Source: Octopus bimaculoides (taxonomy: Eukaryota). Taken from it: 64,000 bases of DNA. Shown here in pieces: positions 26,956 to 40,859 of the stretch (positions within the stretch are counted from its first letter, which is position 1; every line of letters begins with the position of its first letter). A program made the position numbers and the translations under genes. The stretch is from the NCBI RefSeq assembly GCF_001194135.2, contig NC_068990.1, forward strand, positions 81,255,343-81,319,342. Direction: 5' to 3'. The notes beneath the pieces were generated by a model, which worked only from the letters and a program-made list of their open reading frames with translations, made no database searches and was not told the origin of the DNA.

Positions 26956-27175
26956 NNNNNNNNNNGTGTGTGTGTGTTTGTCCCCTCAACATCGCTTGAC
27001 AACCGATGCTGGTGTGTTTACGTCCTCCCCGTAACTTAGCGGTTCGGCAAAAGAAACCGATAGAATAAGTACTAGGATTCCAAAGAATAAGTCCTGGGGT
27101 CGATTTGCTCGACTAAAGGCGGTGCTCCAGCATGGCCGCAGTCAAATGACTGAAACAAGTAAAAGAGTAAAAGAG
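26740..27175 (+). mobile_element. SINE family B, near full length
   Basis: High-identity copy with (GTAAAAGA)2 tail and internal (TA)/(TG) tract containing a 10-N gap. Confidence 0.9.
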
Positions 27176-27819
27176 TGAAGAGATATCATAATAAGTCTGT
27201 TAATTCACCGCCTTGTCCATTCTTGCTCTGTACTGAGACAGATTTCATCGACGATACGTCTTCGGTAGAAACGTCTGCTCCCATCTGGCCTCACGCCAGA
27301 GTTTTAATACAGTTTGATGATGTTTCCATCTCTAATACTGGCACAGAACCAGAAATTCTGCCAGTGAGGAATATTGAATTTAATCACCCCGCTGTATTTC
27401 ACTGGTACGTATTAACATTGTACATACTAAAGAGAGGAGCATTATGGAGTCATCCAATCTACCAGAAATAGTAGGTAAGTTCCTTCAAATCTCGTCCAAC
27501 TGCCTCAACGAATCAAACAAAACAGAAGACAATTATAGTCATATGTTTCCCTTAAAAAGACCAATACTGATCTATGAGTGAAACAACAAAGACAATAACG
27601 ACTGGTAGTCGTTTTAGATGCCCACGAAAGGATTACAGGTAGTCATTTCCTGTGAAATGCGAACTGTGGACTTTGTAGGACATAACTAAATACAACATTG
27701 CATTCAATACAGAGATCCACATATTCTGACGTCAAACGGTCTTTTAATAGTAAAGATGAATTCTCCTGTCGAAGACAGCGTATGAGCATTCAGTCTTTGC
27801 CGAACAACCTGCACAGATG

Positions 27820-27857
<38 letters not shown>

Positions 27858-27860
<3 letters not shown>

Positions 27861-27964
27861 GGCCCGAAATTTTGGGGGAGGGGGCCAGTCGATTAGCTCG
27901 ACCCAGTACGCAACTGGTACTTAATTTATTGAACCTGAAAGGATGAAAGCAAAAATCAACCTCG
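27858..27964 (-). mobile_element. SINE A2 3' half
   Basis: Reverse-complement match to the A2 body and tail. Confidence 0.75.
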
Positions 27965-27998
27965 AAGGATTACTGTATTGATGATATGAAACATCTGT

Positions 27999-28124
27999 AA
28001 GGAGGTGAGCTGACAGAAACTTTAGTACGCCAGGCGAAATGCTTAGCGGTATTTCGTCTGTCTTGATGTTTTGAGTTCAAATTCCGCTGAGGTCGACGTT
28101 GCCTTTCATCCTTTCAGGGTCGAT
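27999..28124 (+). mobile_element. SINE family A 5' half (runs into gap)
   Basis: AAGGAGGTGAGCTGACAGAAAC head through CTTTCAGGGTCGAT. Confidence 0.8.
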
Positions 28125-28701
28125 NNNNNNNNNNNNNNNNNNNNNNNNNNNNNNNNNNNNNNNNNNNNNNNNNNNNNNNNNNNNNNNNNNNNNNNNNNNN
28201 NNNNNNNNNNNNNNNNNNNNNNNNNNNNNNNNNNNNNNNNNNNNNNNNNNNNNNNNNNNNNNNNNNNNNNNNNNNNNNNNNNNNNNNNNNNNNNNNNNNN
28301 NNNNNNNNNNNNNNNNNNNNNNNNNNNNNNNNNNNNNNNNNNNNNNNNNNNNNNNNNNNNNNNNNNNNNNNNNNNNNNNNNNNNNNNNNNNNNNNNNNNN
28401 NNNNNNNNNNNNNNNNNNNNNNNNNNNNNNNNNNNNNNNNNNNNNNNNNNNNNNNNNNNNNNNNNNNNNNNNNNNNNNNNNNNNNNNNNNNNNNNNNNNN
28501 NNNNNNNNNNNNNNNNNNNNNNNNNNNNNNNNNNNNNNNNNNNNNNNNNNNNNNNNNNNNNNNNNNNNNNNNNNNNNNNNNNNNNNNNNNNNNNNNNNNN
28601 NNNNNNNNNNNNNNNNNNNNNNNNNNNNNNNNNNNNNNNNNNNNNNNNNNNNNNNNNNNNNNNNNNNNNNNNNNNNNNNNNNNNNNNNNNNNNNNNNNNN
28701 N

Positions 28702-28733
<32 letters not shown>

Positions 28734-29084
28734 CCTTATAAGCTCTCAATCGCACATCACCGCCAACTGGTACTTGGTTACTCGGGTGAGTTCACTCCTT
28801 CGCAGGTATTTGTTTTACTCGGTGTGATTCAGTTATCAAATATTTCTATTGCTACATAATTTGTGTTGATTTATATACTTGACTTTATGTTTTAAACCAA
28901 TTACATCACTCTTACGTGTTTGGAAAGATCGACAAATGTCATGATTTGCGCCACTCTACCTACGTCTGATTTATAAAGGAAAGCCATACGCCTATTTGTA
29001 AATGCATGCATAGGAACATGCAAACACACACACGCACACACACATACACACACACATATGCACACACATATACACACTCACCTG

Positions 29085-29276
29085 CGCGCTGTGTGGTAAG
29101 AAGCTTGCTACCCAACCACATGGTTCCGGGTTCAGTTCCACTGCGTGGTGCCTTGGGCAGGTAGTATCTTCTACTATAGCCTGGGGTCAATCAACGCCTT
29201 GCAAATGGAGTTGGTAGACGGAGACTAAAAGAAACCCGTCGTGTGCGTATGTATGTATATATATATATATATATAT
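29085..29276 (+). mobile_element. SINE family B 5' half
   Basis: Head and CORE-like block up to the internal (TA)n, then a gap. Confidence 0.8.
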
Positions 29277-29429
29277 NNNNNNNNNNATTTTTTTCGGTGA
29301 TTTTAAATGTCTTGCCCGCTTACGTTTTGGTATCCCGCTATATTTCATGTTGAGAACAATTTAGGTCTTAATAGACACAAGATGTGATCTATTTCTAGCA
29401 CATTGAATGTCCACGTTAGTGGTCAACGT

Positions 29430-29460
<31 letters not shown>

Positions 29461-29574
29461 GGAACAAAAACGTAATAGAGGGTATTAAAACCTTCGGATA
29501 GAGAGACGAAACAATCAAATTTACATTTGCAGTATATCAGCTAACTCCTCAAATCTAATATTTCCTAATTACTT

Positions 29575-29738
29575 TTCGTCTGTCTTTACGTTCTGAGATC
29601 AAATTCCGCCGAGGTCGACTTTGCCTTTCATCCTTTCGGAGTCGATAAATTAAGTACCAGTTGCGTAATGGAGTAGATCTAATCGACTGGACCTCCTCCT
29701 CCAAAATTTCGGGCCTTGTGCCTAGAGTAGAAAAGAAT
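29575..29738 (+). mobile_element. SINE A2, 5' truncated
   Basis: TTCGTCTGTCTTTACG...CCTAGAGTAGAAAAGAAT. Confidence 0.85.
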
Positions 29739-32700
29739 ATTTTCTAATACTGGTCGTTTACTAGAAAAGAAAGGGATACTTTATTATATTGCTATAACAC
29801 CCATGAAGTTTTGGAAGTAGTGTAGTCAATTGAATTACTTTTATACTTGGCTTGCTTCAATTCCGTTAGAATGAAAGCCGATGCCGCTGGACATATGATT
29901 TGAATTCTTATGAGTATATCAAGTATAATAAACACAAGCAGTAAAATTTACATACATGATTTGAACGAAATAATGATGCCACATTGTTAAATGGAAGTTT
30001 TATTATTTAACACGGCGGTGGCCCACGTTGGGCAACAATCACAACTCTAGTACGTACAAGTTCTAAAATGTTGCTATGGGAATTTGAATTTGATGAATCT
30101 TCAACTAATACCTGCAATAGCTTTTTCAGTGAGGATTTTAGGGGGAAAGCGGCTCGGATCCTCGCCTGCAGCTCCAAAATATGCCGTTAATGTATGATTA
30201 TAACTGAGTGCTGGTAGGGTGGGGCCAAACCAAGTGACCTACTTCTCTTGGTACGAATTTTTAACATTATCATCTTAAAAGATTGCGCTACCATCAGGGA
30301 ACAATTTTTGTACTATAGGTATAGAAAGGATCAGCCAAAATACTCAGATAAATTATTGCGTTAACTTTGCTAAGTAGAACAACTAAAGGGCCAAGAGAAT
30401 TCCTTTAGAATGGATTTTAAATCATCATTGACCTACCTCTGGGCTTCACAGCAGGGGTTGAACAGTCTGGGATGAAGGTTTCTTTGGGTTGTCTCCGGAC
30501 ATAAACTTGCTTCTAAGAGGAAAGAGTGTGGATGAGGATTTTTCAGAGAAGATAACATAGTTCTATTAAGTCATTTAGCACTTCTGAGAGTCTAAACACT
30601 ATTTTACCACTTCTCAGTGTTCACGGAGGAGAGAAGATGTGTAGCCGTTTGATAGTATCCAGCTTCACGTAGCTCACCACAGTTTTGGTTGACATAAGGG
30701 TTGGCAACATGAGGATTTAGTTCTACGTTCGCTTTTGCCACCGTATTTCGAATATTTTTAGACTCAAATTGTGTCGCTATTCTGCAGTCTCTCTCTCTCT
30801 CTGTGATCTTTGCCTTCTGACCAGAATTATCTCCTCCGGGACTAGTTTTCCTTAGTTTTGGAATACCAACAGGATTTTGCAGATTCTTCTTTTCGAAACG
30901 AAACAATTCATCAGATTTTGTGATTAAAGCTCCAGCCCTAGTCGTTCCAACGATTTTTCCTCTTTGGCAATCAATAGATATTTGCAGAAAAAGAAATCAG
31001 GGGCCCCATATCATGAGGTACAAAGCGGACTTAATGCATATAAACCCATATTTACAGATTAGAACAGCTTCAGATTTATCATATTACTAATAGTTAAAAA
31101 ATAGTTAACTAGAAAATGATGTTTCCATTATTTTGTCCACCTTTATATGTCTGTACCTGGTTATTTACAACGGTTGAAATAGCTGTTACAGTTTAGTCTC
31201 TGTTAAACCTTGAAAGAGCACTCTGAATTAATACTAGTCAAAGTTTTTTCAGACTACTTTATCCGACTATAGAAAATGACCTTTTATTTTTTTATTTTTG
31301 TAATAAAGACAATGAGATTTGATTCGAGAGATTTAACCGACATTTCTAGCAAGCCGTTCAACCAGGCAAAGCTCTTTCGTCTAGCGAGTGAGTGTAAGGT
31401 AAATATATCATAGCATTGTATTAATGTTATTGTTTAGTGTTTGAACTCTACTAACCATAAGTCTATTTGAACGAACATATTTGTGTAGCCTAGTAAATAA
31501 AGCATTACTAATCTTTGATTACTAGAATTTGATTTTTAGCTCGCAGGTCAAGTATGTATTTACATTGCTGTTCTGATTTCTTTAGTTAAGAACACTCGAC
31601 TATAGACGTCTGAAGCTAACCTAATACGTCTTGCATTCCGGTAATAACAAATACATGTTAAGATTATCATTTTCTATATTCATATTATAAAATGTTCATC
31701 ATAGCTCTCTCCTCAGATATAGTAAATAGTAGATTTATGAATGACCTCATAACATTTCTGATATTGTTTAATGTCTTTTTATCTTTATTAGTTCGTGACA
31801 AGAGATACTATTTGATTTTCATCTAGTGTCCAACTAGATTTTATTACTCTCATGTTAGTGGTTACAAATTCACTCATAAGTAAGAGACGTACACTGTAGA
31901 GTTAGTTCAAATAAGAATGGGAATCAGTTCGTGGACTTTCTTCTCTGGGAGTGTCATAAATACTCTGCATCGCTTATATTTTATACGAATAACATAGAAT
32001 TAAATATACTATGTGTGTGTGCATATTTGTGTCTGTATGTATATGTGTGTGCATGTATGTATGTGTGTATATGTATGTATGTATGTATGTATGAGTGTAT
32101 GTAGATAGGTATGTATGTATTTGAGAAATGGGAAAACTTTAATTATTCAGGATTCTAAACTGTAACTGCAATCAAATAATAAACGTTGTGCAAACACTTA
32201 AACCAAATCAGGTATAGAGGTGGCAATTCTCAAACCATTGAAATGAGTTACCTAGACTGAATTTTCAATTACTCAAAACAGGAAATAAGTATGCAATGAA
32301 GGAGAATAGATATTCTGATCTTAATTAGGCGACATGGAATCACTAGACGTGATTTAGAGATATTAGACCTTCTCAAAAAGACATGCTATTCAATGTGACT
32401 GCCAGATCCTTAAAGTAACATTACGGTATGAATATACGATAATGTAGACAAGAAAGCTTGGTTGTATGAATAGTTTTACATATCTATTGACGTACCTTAT
32501 TCTATGAGTCTAAATCGCATAGATATGTCTATGTCTTCTATTCTATTCTCACAATCGAGTGGCAGGTATAGAGTGCTGGACCAAGAGCCTTGTGGCATAA
32601 TGTTACAGTATCTTACAACCCCCCAGCATGATTTGTATCCCTTATCTATTTATAGATGAAGTACCAGTTATGTAGTGGGCTCGATTTAAACATCTTCCTC

Positions 32701-33670
32701 GAAAAATAGTTTTAGTATTTATGCCAAAGTTAAAAATAATTATTAAATATTCTATTGACAATGATTGATGTGGCATCAGAAGTGAAAGATGCCAGTAGCA
32801 AAGTGGATGTTTATATTTCACTAATATTCATGATGTCGAGGTCAAACCGTCTTTTCATCCTTCTGGGATCGATAAAATATTCGCCATTTTCATTGGAGAA
32901 GGGAAGGTGGACTATGGAAGATGAATAAGTTGGATTGTGTGTGGCGATTTGCTATGAATACTTGACATATCAACTATATGACTCACGATTTTAAGCTCAA
33001 ATACTATCCGAACTACCTGGGACAACTTTTCCCCAAGCTATCGTTGATCAACCCTATGTCAGCTGTAAAGATTCTTCCAATATGTTTTCATCAGAAGTAC
33101 TCCCGACAACTAGTAGAAAGGTTAAGAGGGTAAGGGAGTAACCAGACGATCAATAATCTCTCACAGAAATATTTCAAATATTTTCTAGATTAGATTTTCC
33201 TTTACCAGCTTTTGTTTTACTTCACATTTGATGTCTGCTGGCATCGTTTGTTACTTTCGGAATATCTCAGTCGACTTTGTTCACATAGTTATGCAGGAAT
33301 AATGCCAATAACCTAGAAAAAGGCATAAACGTCACAGCAACTAATTTCTAATTAAAAGCTGTTATTATAAACTTGTTGAGAGTTGAGCATTGAACTATCA
33401 AATGTTGCATAAATGTTCAATGTTCAAATATTGCCCATATATCGAACTTTTAGATTTCATCCTTCTGAATTTAATAGCAGTATTATATTGGTGTTCTGAC
33501 AGCAGATAATGCTCAATTCTTAACAAAACTGGGGGCATACTTCGTGAGTTGGAGAGTAGAAACATGTTATTTCGTTATTTTTTAACTATTGTCGAAACTT
33601 ATATATATCCGTTATATGATAATAAATATTTCACTTGTCTTTTAGAGTCTGTAGAACTACATTTGATCTC

Positions 33671-34244
33671 CTTTACTCTTTTACTTCCTTCAGTCATTTG
33701 ACTGTGGCCATGCTGGAGCACTACCTTTAGTCGAGCAAAACGACCCCAGGAATTATTTTTGTAAGCCTAGTACTTATTCTATCGGTCTCTTTGGCCGAAC
33801 CGCTAAGCTGCGGAGATGTAAACACACCAGCATCGGTTGTCAAGCGATGTTGGGGGGAAACCATAGACATACAAACATATACACACACACATACATACAT
33901 ATANNNNNNNNNNNNNNNNNNNNNNNNNNNNNNNNNNNNNNNNNNNNNNNNNNNNNNNNNNNNNNNNNNNNNNNNNNNNNNNNNNNNNNNNNNNNNNNNN
34001 NNNNNNNNNNNNNNNNNNNNNNNNNNNNNNNNNNNNNNNNNNNNNNNNNNNNNNNNNNNNNNNNNNTATATATATACATATATATACGACGGGCTTCTTT
34101 CAGTTTCCGTCTACCAAATCCATTCACAAGGCTTTGGTCGCCCCGAGGCTATAGTAGAAGACACTTGCCCAAGGTGTCACGCAGTGGGACTGAACCCGGA
34201 ACTATGTGGTTCGTAAGCAAGCTACTTACCACACAGGCACTCCT
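33671..34244 (-). mobile_element. SINE family B, with N gap at the internal microsatellite
   Basis: Reverse-complement match on both sides of the gap. Confidence 0.85.
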
Positions 34245-36456
34245 ACACCGTATAATGAACTTCCTTTCGCAAGAGAGTAGTGTATGATTTAAGAGAGAAA
34301 CAGGTGCTATTTTTCGCAGACCGGGTGACCACAAAGAGGTTCTCTAGAGAAATGAATTTTTAATTTCTGGTGAACACAAAAATAATACTCTGTGATTTCG
34401 ATAGGGTTTCGATTCCTGGTTATCTTCATTTCACTTCACATATTTCTAACGTCCTTAAAAAAATATCGTCCATATCTCATATGCTGATTTCCTCTTTGCC
34501 AATAATGTTGTTAAGGCGTAAATGTTTCGCACAATAGCTTTATTCACTAGCATTCTTAATACTCTTGTGTAAAGCTCAGGGGTAGCAAAACTTCAAATGT
34601 AGCTTCCTTATAGGCCTGAATTAGTGAGTGTAAATAAAATAAACTTAATACAGTGTATATTTGAAGATATAGCGTTATACTTAGAGATTCTACATTATAT
34701 GACAAAATAATTCAAGGAACTAAAAATATAATTTTTAACAGGATTTTTCTAAGAGTTAGTAGAATCATTGTGATACAAATTCTGCATTAAGTGATACAGG
34801 ATTTCGTATTCAGTGAAATAAAACTGAATACGCATATTCTTAAAGTATTTTAAAGTCGGCAATGAGCTCAGGACCCAAGAATATTGGTGGAATGTAACGT
34901 CCTCATAAGATCCGGTACCTATTCTCAATAACGAAGATCACTTATTCATGAAGATAGGAGAATATGACAAAGAATCCCTTTCACTATGCAGCAGCCTTCC
35001 TTTCCACTATCAACGACGCTCACACCTTTTCCTTTACAGTCTTTCCTACAATTCTTTCTTTGTTAAATGATTCTAATTTCTTCCCCTTTTAGCAAATTAT
35101 TTTCCTTGCAGTTAATGTTGTTATTGTTTTCCAACAGAAAATTGGATTTATGCAAAAATTCGGCTGGATCGACTAACTAAGTGGATGGAAGTCTTTTAGA
35201 AGGCATTCAAGAGTTTCAATCAATAATTTTCTTCAAATCAGCCTTTATTGCTTTATCAACTGCCAAATTTAGCCTAACAACTTAATAGTGTTGAGAAAGC
35301 AGCAACCTGCCACTAATTTTGCTGGTCACGTCATTGATTCCAGCGCATTCTATATCGACTCATTCATAAATGGTGTTTTTTCAATTGCGCAATATTGTTT
35401 TGCGCTCCAGGGATAAATATATCTTGGAACAGTTCCATATTTTTCTCATTTCTTCATCATATAAGATATATTTTTCATCCCCAGGATCATTTTTATATGC
35501 AATCGTTGGCAGGACATAATCTGTTTTATTTTCTCCTGTCAAACTGTACTTCACTGAAGAAATCTTGTATATTTTATCGCTTTATATTTTAGAAATATAT
35601 AACAAGTTCCGTGCCATATTACGACAGAAAATGGTTAAAGTAAACAGAAGAAACTAATCATGGATTCTTAACAGTCTTCTGTTGAAGAAACCCATATCGT
35701 AAAACATTTATTGCGTTTCAATAGATACAGTAAAGAATCATAAAATATGAATATAATGTTGCAGAAAGTTGACTTGGACAAATATTGAGTCAACATATAG
35801 ATTCCCATTTTGTATCTATTACAAAAGATCTGCTGATTAGAGAGACCTTTATCTTTTCTTGTTATACATCGACAGGAATAAGGTCAATATTTCTTTTAAG
35901 TTTTATGTATCGGTGGAGCTTCCGTTGGTAGTATATCTAATTCATTTAGTCAGCAAGGTGACTTGGGTCAAGTTAGTTAAAAGGAATATGTCTAATGACA
36001 AAAACAGAGGCCCACAAGACTAAGGACTAAATATTTACAGTACATGGCCCTATATTTAGCAATGAATTCACAATGTTAAAGAACCTATCTTTTTTCCTTG
36101 TTGGTTTTCCAGTAACACATACATAGGACTATGACTGTATATAATATTGACTTCAAAGTTTGGTACAAGGCCAGCAGTTTGGGGGAGGGGCCAAGAAGAT
36201 TACATGGATTTTAGTATTCAACTGATACTTCCTTATCGACCACGAAAGAATGAAAGGCAAAGTCAACCCCGAAAGAAGAATCAAGACCATTCTCACCACT
36301 CAGCATCTTCCATGCTTCCCTCTTGTGAGCTGACTGCACCACCAATGTTGGAAATTGAATTCAGAAAGGGAAGACGGACGAAATACTGCTAAGCATTTTA
36401 CCCGACATACAAACGATTCTGCTAGCTCGACGTCCTGTTATTGTATATACTGATGT

Positions 36457-36507
<51 letters not shown>

Positions 36508-36595
36508 GCTATTAGAGTGGTGATTACTTTGAGAATTTGTTTAGCAGTTATAGGAATGCGGTACTAAGATGAGGATGTAAGCAGTTTCCTTCTCA

Positions 36596-36997
36596 GTGAA
36601 GCAAGCCAATCCACGATTAATTACATCGCATCCTCGTACTCTGGTGGCCCATCATTTTATCAACTTCTGACAGATTGACAGTAAGAGCTTTCTGCCCTGA
36701 GGAAATACAGAAGCGAATAAAGAACGAAAACACTGGAAAGCATCAGAGATACAAACCAACAGCAAGTTCACAAAGCTATTGTTTCAGAAACATCACCAGT
36801 GACATTTACGAGGTTGTCTCATATACTCAGAGCTGGCAGACCGAAGATCTCGTCTCACAAAGGCACCATTAGCTCCTCATCATCTTGCATCGATGAGGAG
36901 CGAATAGGGGCTGAAGAGCAATGTCAAACGGTTCTGCAAAACAAAAGGGAAAAGGCATAGAGAAAAAGGAATGTATTCAAACCTAAGGCGTCTTAGA
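36596..36997 (+). mobile_element. decayed RTE-clade LINE 3' fragment, copy 1
   Basis: Relic motifs LHRILVLWWPII...EEIQKRIK...RAGRPKI resemble the RTE C-terminus (CLRRILKI.WP..ISN...RGRPK). Closely similar to 37906-38306. Confidence 0.5.
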
Positions 36998-37097
36998 AAG
37001 GTATTCTACTCCAACATATACTTGAAAATAAACAAGGCATTTCATGAAACCGCCTGCCTCTCAGTACAAACGCCAGTCATTTGCTGCTACCTCCCAT

Positions 37098-37124
37098 GTA
37101 GTAGTAGTAGTAGTAGTAGTAGTT

Positions 37125-37162
<38 letters not shown>
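37098..37162. repeat. (TAG)n microsatellite
   Basis: Directly visible. Confidence 0.95.
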
Positions 37163-37163
<1 letters not shown>

Positions 37164-37905
37164 AGAGGTGAAGGAAGAGGAGGAGTGAAGAAGGGGAGCA
37201 GCAGCAGCAGCAGCATTTAAGACTGCATATTACCTTGATCTTGCCCACTTATCACTCAGTGAGGTTGGAAAATCGTTAATGAGCGCTGTCCCTCACTTTA
37301 AGATTAATGAACATATAACAAAAAGTTAACGAGCGTCGCATCTTCTCGTTTTCTGTTCCTCTCTCACGATGTTGGAATTCTTACTGACGTAAAATACCAT
37401 TATTTAACAAGTCACTGAAGAAGAATACCTGAAATCAGTGATCTATTACTTTCATATCCAGTTAAAGTTGAGCCAAATTGCTTTTTATGATCAGATTAGT
37501 CTGACTTCTAGACCAGTTAAAACCATTCATTCGTCTTCCTATTTCACACAATGCGTTGTTTTTCTTACTTTATTTTCTCATTGTTTAAAAAACAAAAACA
37601 GTTTATGATATCTGGATAATAATCAGTAACTTGCTGAAATATTTTTATACCCTACTTCTTTTTATTCGCTTTATGAATGTTTTTGACAATTTATGTACTT
37701 CGTTTGGACATCAATAACTTATTTCCGCAACTTTTTCATTTATTTATACCGATTACAATGAGTGCTTGCGTTTTGAATTTTCTCTCAGTTGCTGTTGGTC
37801 TTGTAATTCTTAATAAGTCGTTTGGCAATTATCAGTTACTAAAAGGTCAGCCGGACCATTATGCGTAGGTGACATTATATCATCATGCCACGTCATCAAG
37901 CGTGG

Positions 37906-38306
37906 GTGAAGCAAGCCAATCCACAATTAATTACATCGCATCCTCGTACTCTGGTGGCTCATCATTTTATCAACTTCTGACAGATTGACAGTAAGAGCTT
38001 TCTGCCCTGAGGAAATACAGAAGCGAATAAAGAACGAAAACATTGGACAGCATCGGAGATGCAAACAACAGCAAGTCCACAAAGCTGTTGTTTCAGAAAC
38101 ATCACCAGTGACATTTACAAAGTTGTCTCATATACTCAGAGCTTGCATATCGAAGATCTCGCATCACAAAAAGCACCATTAGCTCCTCACCGTCTTGCAT
38201 GGATAAGGAGCAATAGGGGCTGAAGAGCAACGTCAAATGGTTCTGCAAAGCAAAAGGAAAAAGGCAGAGAGAAAAAAGAATGTATTCAAACCTAAGGCGT
38301 CTTAGA
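37906..38306 (+). mobile_element. decayed RTE-clade LINE 3' fragment, copy 2 (direct repeat of 36596-36997)
   Basis: Same start (GTGAAGCAAGCCAATCCAC) and end (AAACCTAAGGCGTCTTAGA) as copy 1; roughly 90% identical by eye. Confidence 0.55.
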
Positions 38307-38805
38307 CGAGTGGGTAAGAGCCAAGAGCCCGCCCCTCCTTCCGGTGATGAAGGATTCACGAGTGCTTTGCATCATAGAAAAAAACTCCAGAACAATTTGC
38401 TGAACGATCTGGAAATGGAGCAGAGGTTTGATGTGTTTAGTGAGATGATATTTGAGGACCTAAATATAAAAATCATTACTAAAATTTAGTCGAATTAGTA
38501 GGGTGCTCTCGATTCAACTTTCTGTTTCAATTTATTCATTTATTTACCTTAACCCTGTGTGTTTTGTGCGCGCGTGTGTGTGTGTGTAAGTGTGTGTGGG
38601 TATGTATGAGTGTGTTTGTGTGTGTGTGCGTGTATGTGTATGTGTTTTTATCTAATTATACATTGCACTTAATTGTACCATTTTTTAACGTCATATTTAT
38701 TTCATAAGGTTCTTATCCCACCTTCGTTACATATAACATTATTTTTACACCAATACGTATTCTGGTCACGCCTTGCTGAATCTACGTATAGGCACTTGTC
38801 AGTAA

Positions 38806-39065
38806 GTTATTATTATTATTATTATTATTATTTTATGTTTGACTTTTACTTTGCATTTGTACAAGTTGGATCCAGGTTGACTTGGACAGGAGAGAGACGG
38901 TGGTCGTTCCATTCTCCCATACTAAATTAATTGGACAATGAATGTCAGTGGAGAATGACCATTGAATGGGCCTGTTGGCCGAGAAATGATAGCCGCGAAG
39001 GCGTACTTATCTCAGGTTGTCAGGCTCACCTCAGTTGTGTGATTCTTGATTGACCCGAAGGAATG
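38806..39065 (-). mobile_element. probable LINE 3' end terminating in (TAA)n
   Basis: Minus strand ends ...TACAAATGCAAAGTAAAAGTCAAACATAAA(TAA)n. R4/Dong-type elements are known to associate with TAA repeats; the assignment is inference. Confidence 0.35.
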
Positions 39066-39223
39066 TTTTACTCTACTGGGGATTTGACTTTCCGCCACTC
39101 TTTTTGGTTTTATCTTCCTGTTAACAAGCTTTCAATGTAAGGCCTCTCTGTCGTATTGTATTCTCTCTCTTTTGTTCTCTATTGTATGTTTTTGAGCTCC
39201 TGTGACACATAAAGAACACATCA

Positions 39224-39283
39224 CCACCACCACCACCACCACCACCATCCTCCTCCTCCTCCTCCTCCTCCGCCTCCTCCTCC

Positions 39284-39340
<57 letters not shown>
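39224..39340. repeat. compound (CAC)n(CCT)n(TTA)n microsatellite
   Basis: Directly visible. Confidence 0.95.
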
Positions 39341-39341
<1 letters not shown>

Positions 39342-40859
39342 TTTAATTCAAACCTAACCCATAAATTATTGGCTTTTTCTTTGAAAACATGTTTCCATGG
39401 AATATTCTTGTCCCACTGATGTCATCCCCATAGAACGACATCAATTTCTAATCATTACATTTCATGCTAACACTATTAAACGCTCTATTAGAGGTTCATT
39501 AAAAAAAAAAATGTCCATTATTAAAATCAGAAAAAAAAAAAAAGAATTCACAAGAGTTGGGATTGACATCGGGGTGTTGTCTAATTATGTAAAACTGTAT
39601 AGAAATGATGACGTGTTTCATATGTTACTAAAAGGACTGCAATATTTTACTGCATTGTTTAAATATTTCTCTCTCAATTACATTCATGTCATCAAAAATT
39701 TCAATCACCTAATTGATAGGACTTTTCCATATTTAATTTACATTTACCGTATGATTGTGGCGATGGATTTTGCACAATCGAGAGAGCGTCTCGCAAGATA
39801 TATTGTGATATATCTGTTATATCTAGTTATTTCTCATAATGATTAAATAGGTGATCGTCAAATATCCAAATCCTGCAAAAAAATAATGCCTTTGTGCCAA
39901 TACGGGAAATTATATATGTCAATATTACTTTGGATGGTGGACTTCACCCACCGTTCGGTTAAACACTACTATTTGGTCCTTTGATACCTTTAGTAAATCA
40001 TTCTGTTACAGACATTCGGTTTCAGAAAACGTTCCCTCCTACCTCCTGCTGTTTCTTGGAGGCCTTGTAATGTCTCATGGGCACCGCCACCCCGCCTGAC
40101 TAAAACCTTTTTTTTTTAAATCGAATTTCCCCTGGTTTTCTGCCATTTCTTGCCGTAACTGCAGTAAAACATTGACGGGGTGGAAAAAAAAATTAATAAT
40201 TCAATATTTTAGTTGTTTTTTCTGCTACGTTTTGAAATATATTATTAAGCATAAGTAAGGTTGTGAACCAGCAGAATTGCAGCCGCACTAAACAAAATGT
40301 TCAGTGGCATTTTTCCGCCTCCTTACGTTATGAGTTTCAACGCCACCGAGTTCGACTCTGCCCTTCATTATTTCAGAGTCGATAAAATAACTACAAGTGG
40401 AGTTGATTTAATCTATTCACTCTCCCCGCAAGAACTACTGGCCTTGTGCCAAAATTAGAATTATTAAGCCTAAGTATATTAAAACACAAGATAATGTAGT
40501 AAATATTGATTAAATAATTCTTTTCTCTTTTCTTTTTTTTGTTTTCAGTTCTCAGCTTTTGGCATGTTAATCAATGGAGACGAATTGGCGAAGGCGTTAG
40601 AAAGTCAGACAAAATGATTAGCTGTATTTGTTGAAGCTTCTCTGAATTTCTGAGTTCAAATCCCACCGAGCCCATTTTTGTCTTTCATTGTCAGTAAACA
40701 AAGTATCGGTCCAGGATGGTGGAACAGTTGAGTTCTTTCAGTGTTGAACGAGATGCCTTACTGTATTTGTCCGGATCTCTGTATTCTTGGTTCCAATTCC
40801 TCTCTTACTAATCTTTCGCACCCTATAAATAGGAAGTGGTTCCTTCAAGACCTGACTAA

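Noticed and set aside
31533-31560. Possible 5-14-nt microexons (also near 14500, 31385 and 53747)
   Set aside because: Splice-like dinucleotides at this spacing are expected by chance; no supporting evidence.
34578-36000. CAGGGGTAGCAAAAC hAT-like terminus and coding-like decayed sequence downstream
   Set aside because: No matching opposite TIR, TSD or recognisable transposase motif found.
40549-40620. Strong polypyrimidine acceptor (TTTTTTTGTTTTCAG) followed by FSAFGMLINGDELAKALES
   Set aside because: The downstream sequence is a degraded family-A SINE head, no good donor follows, and a stop occurs shortly after.
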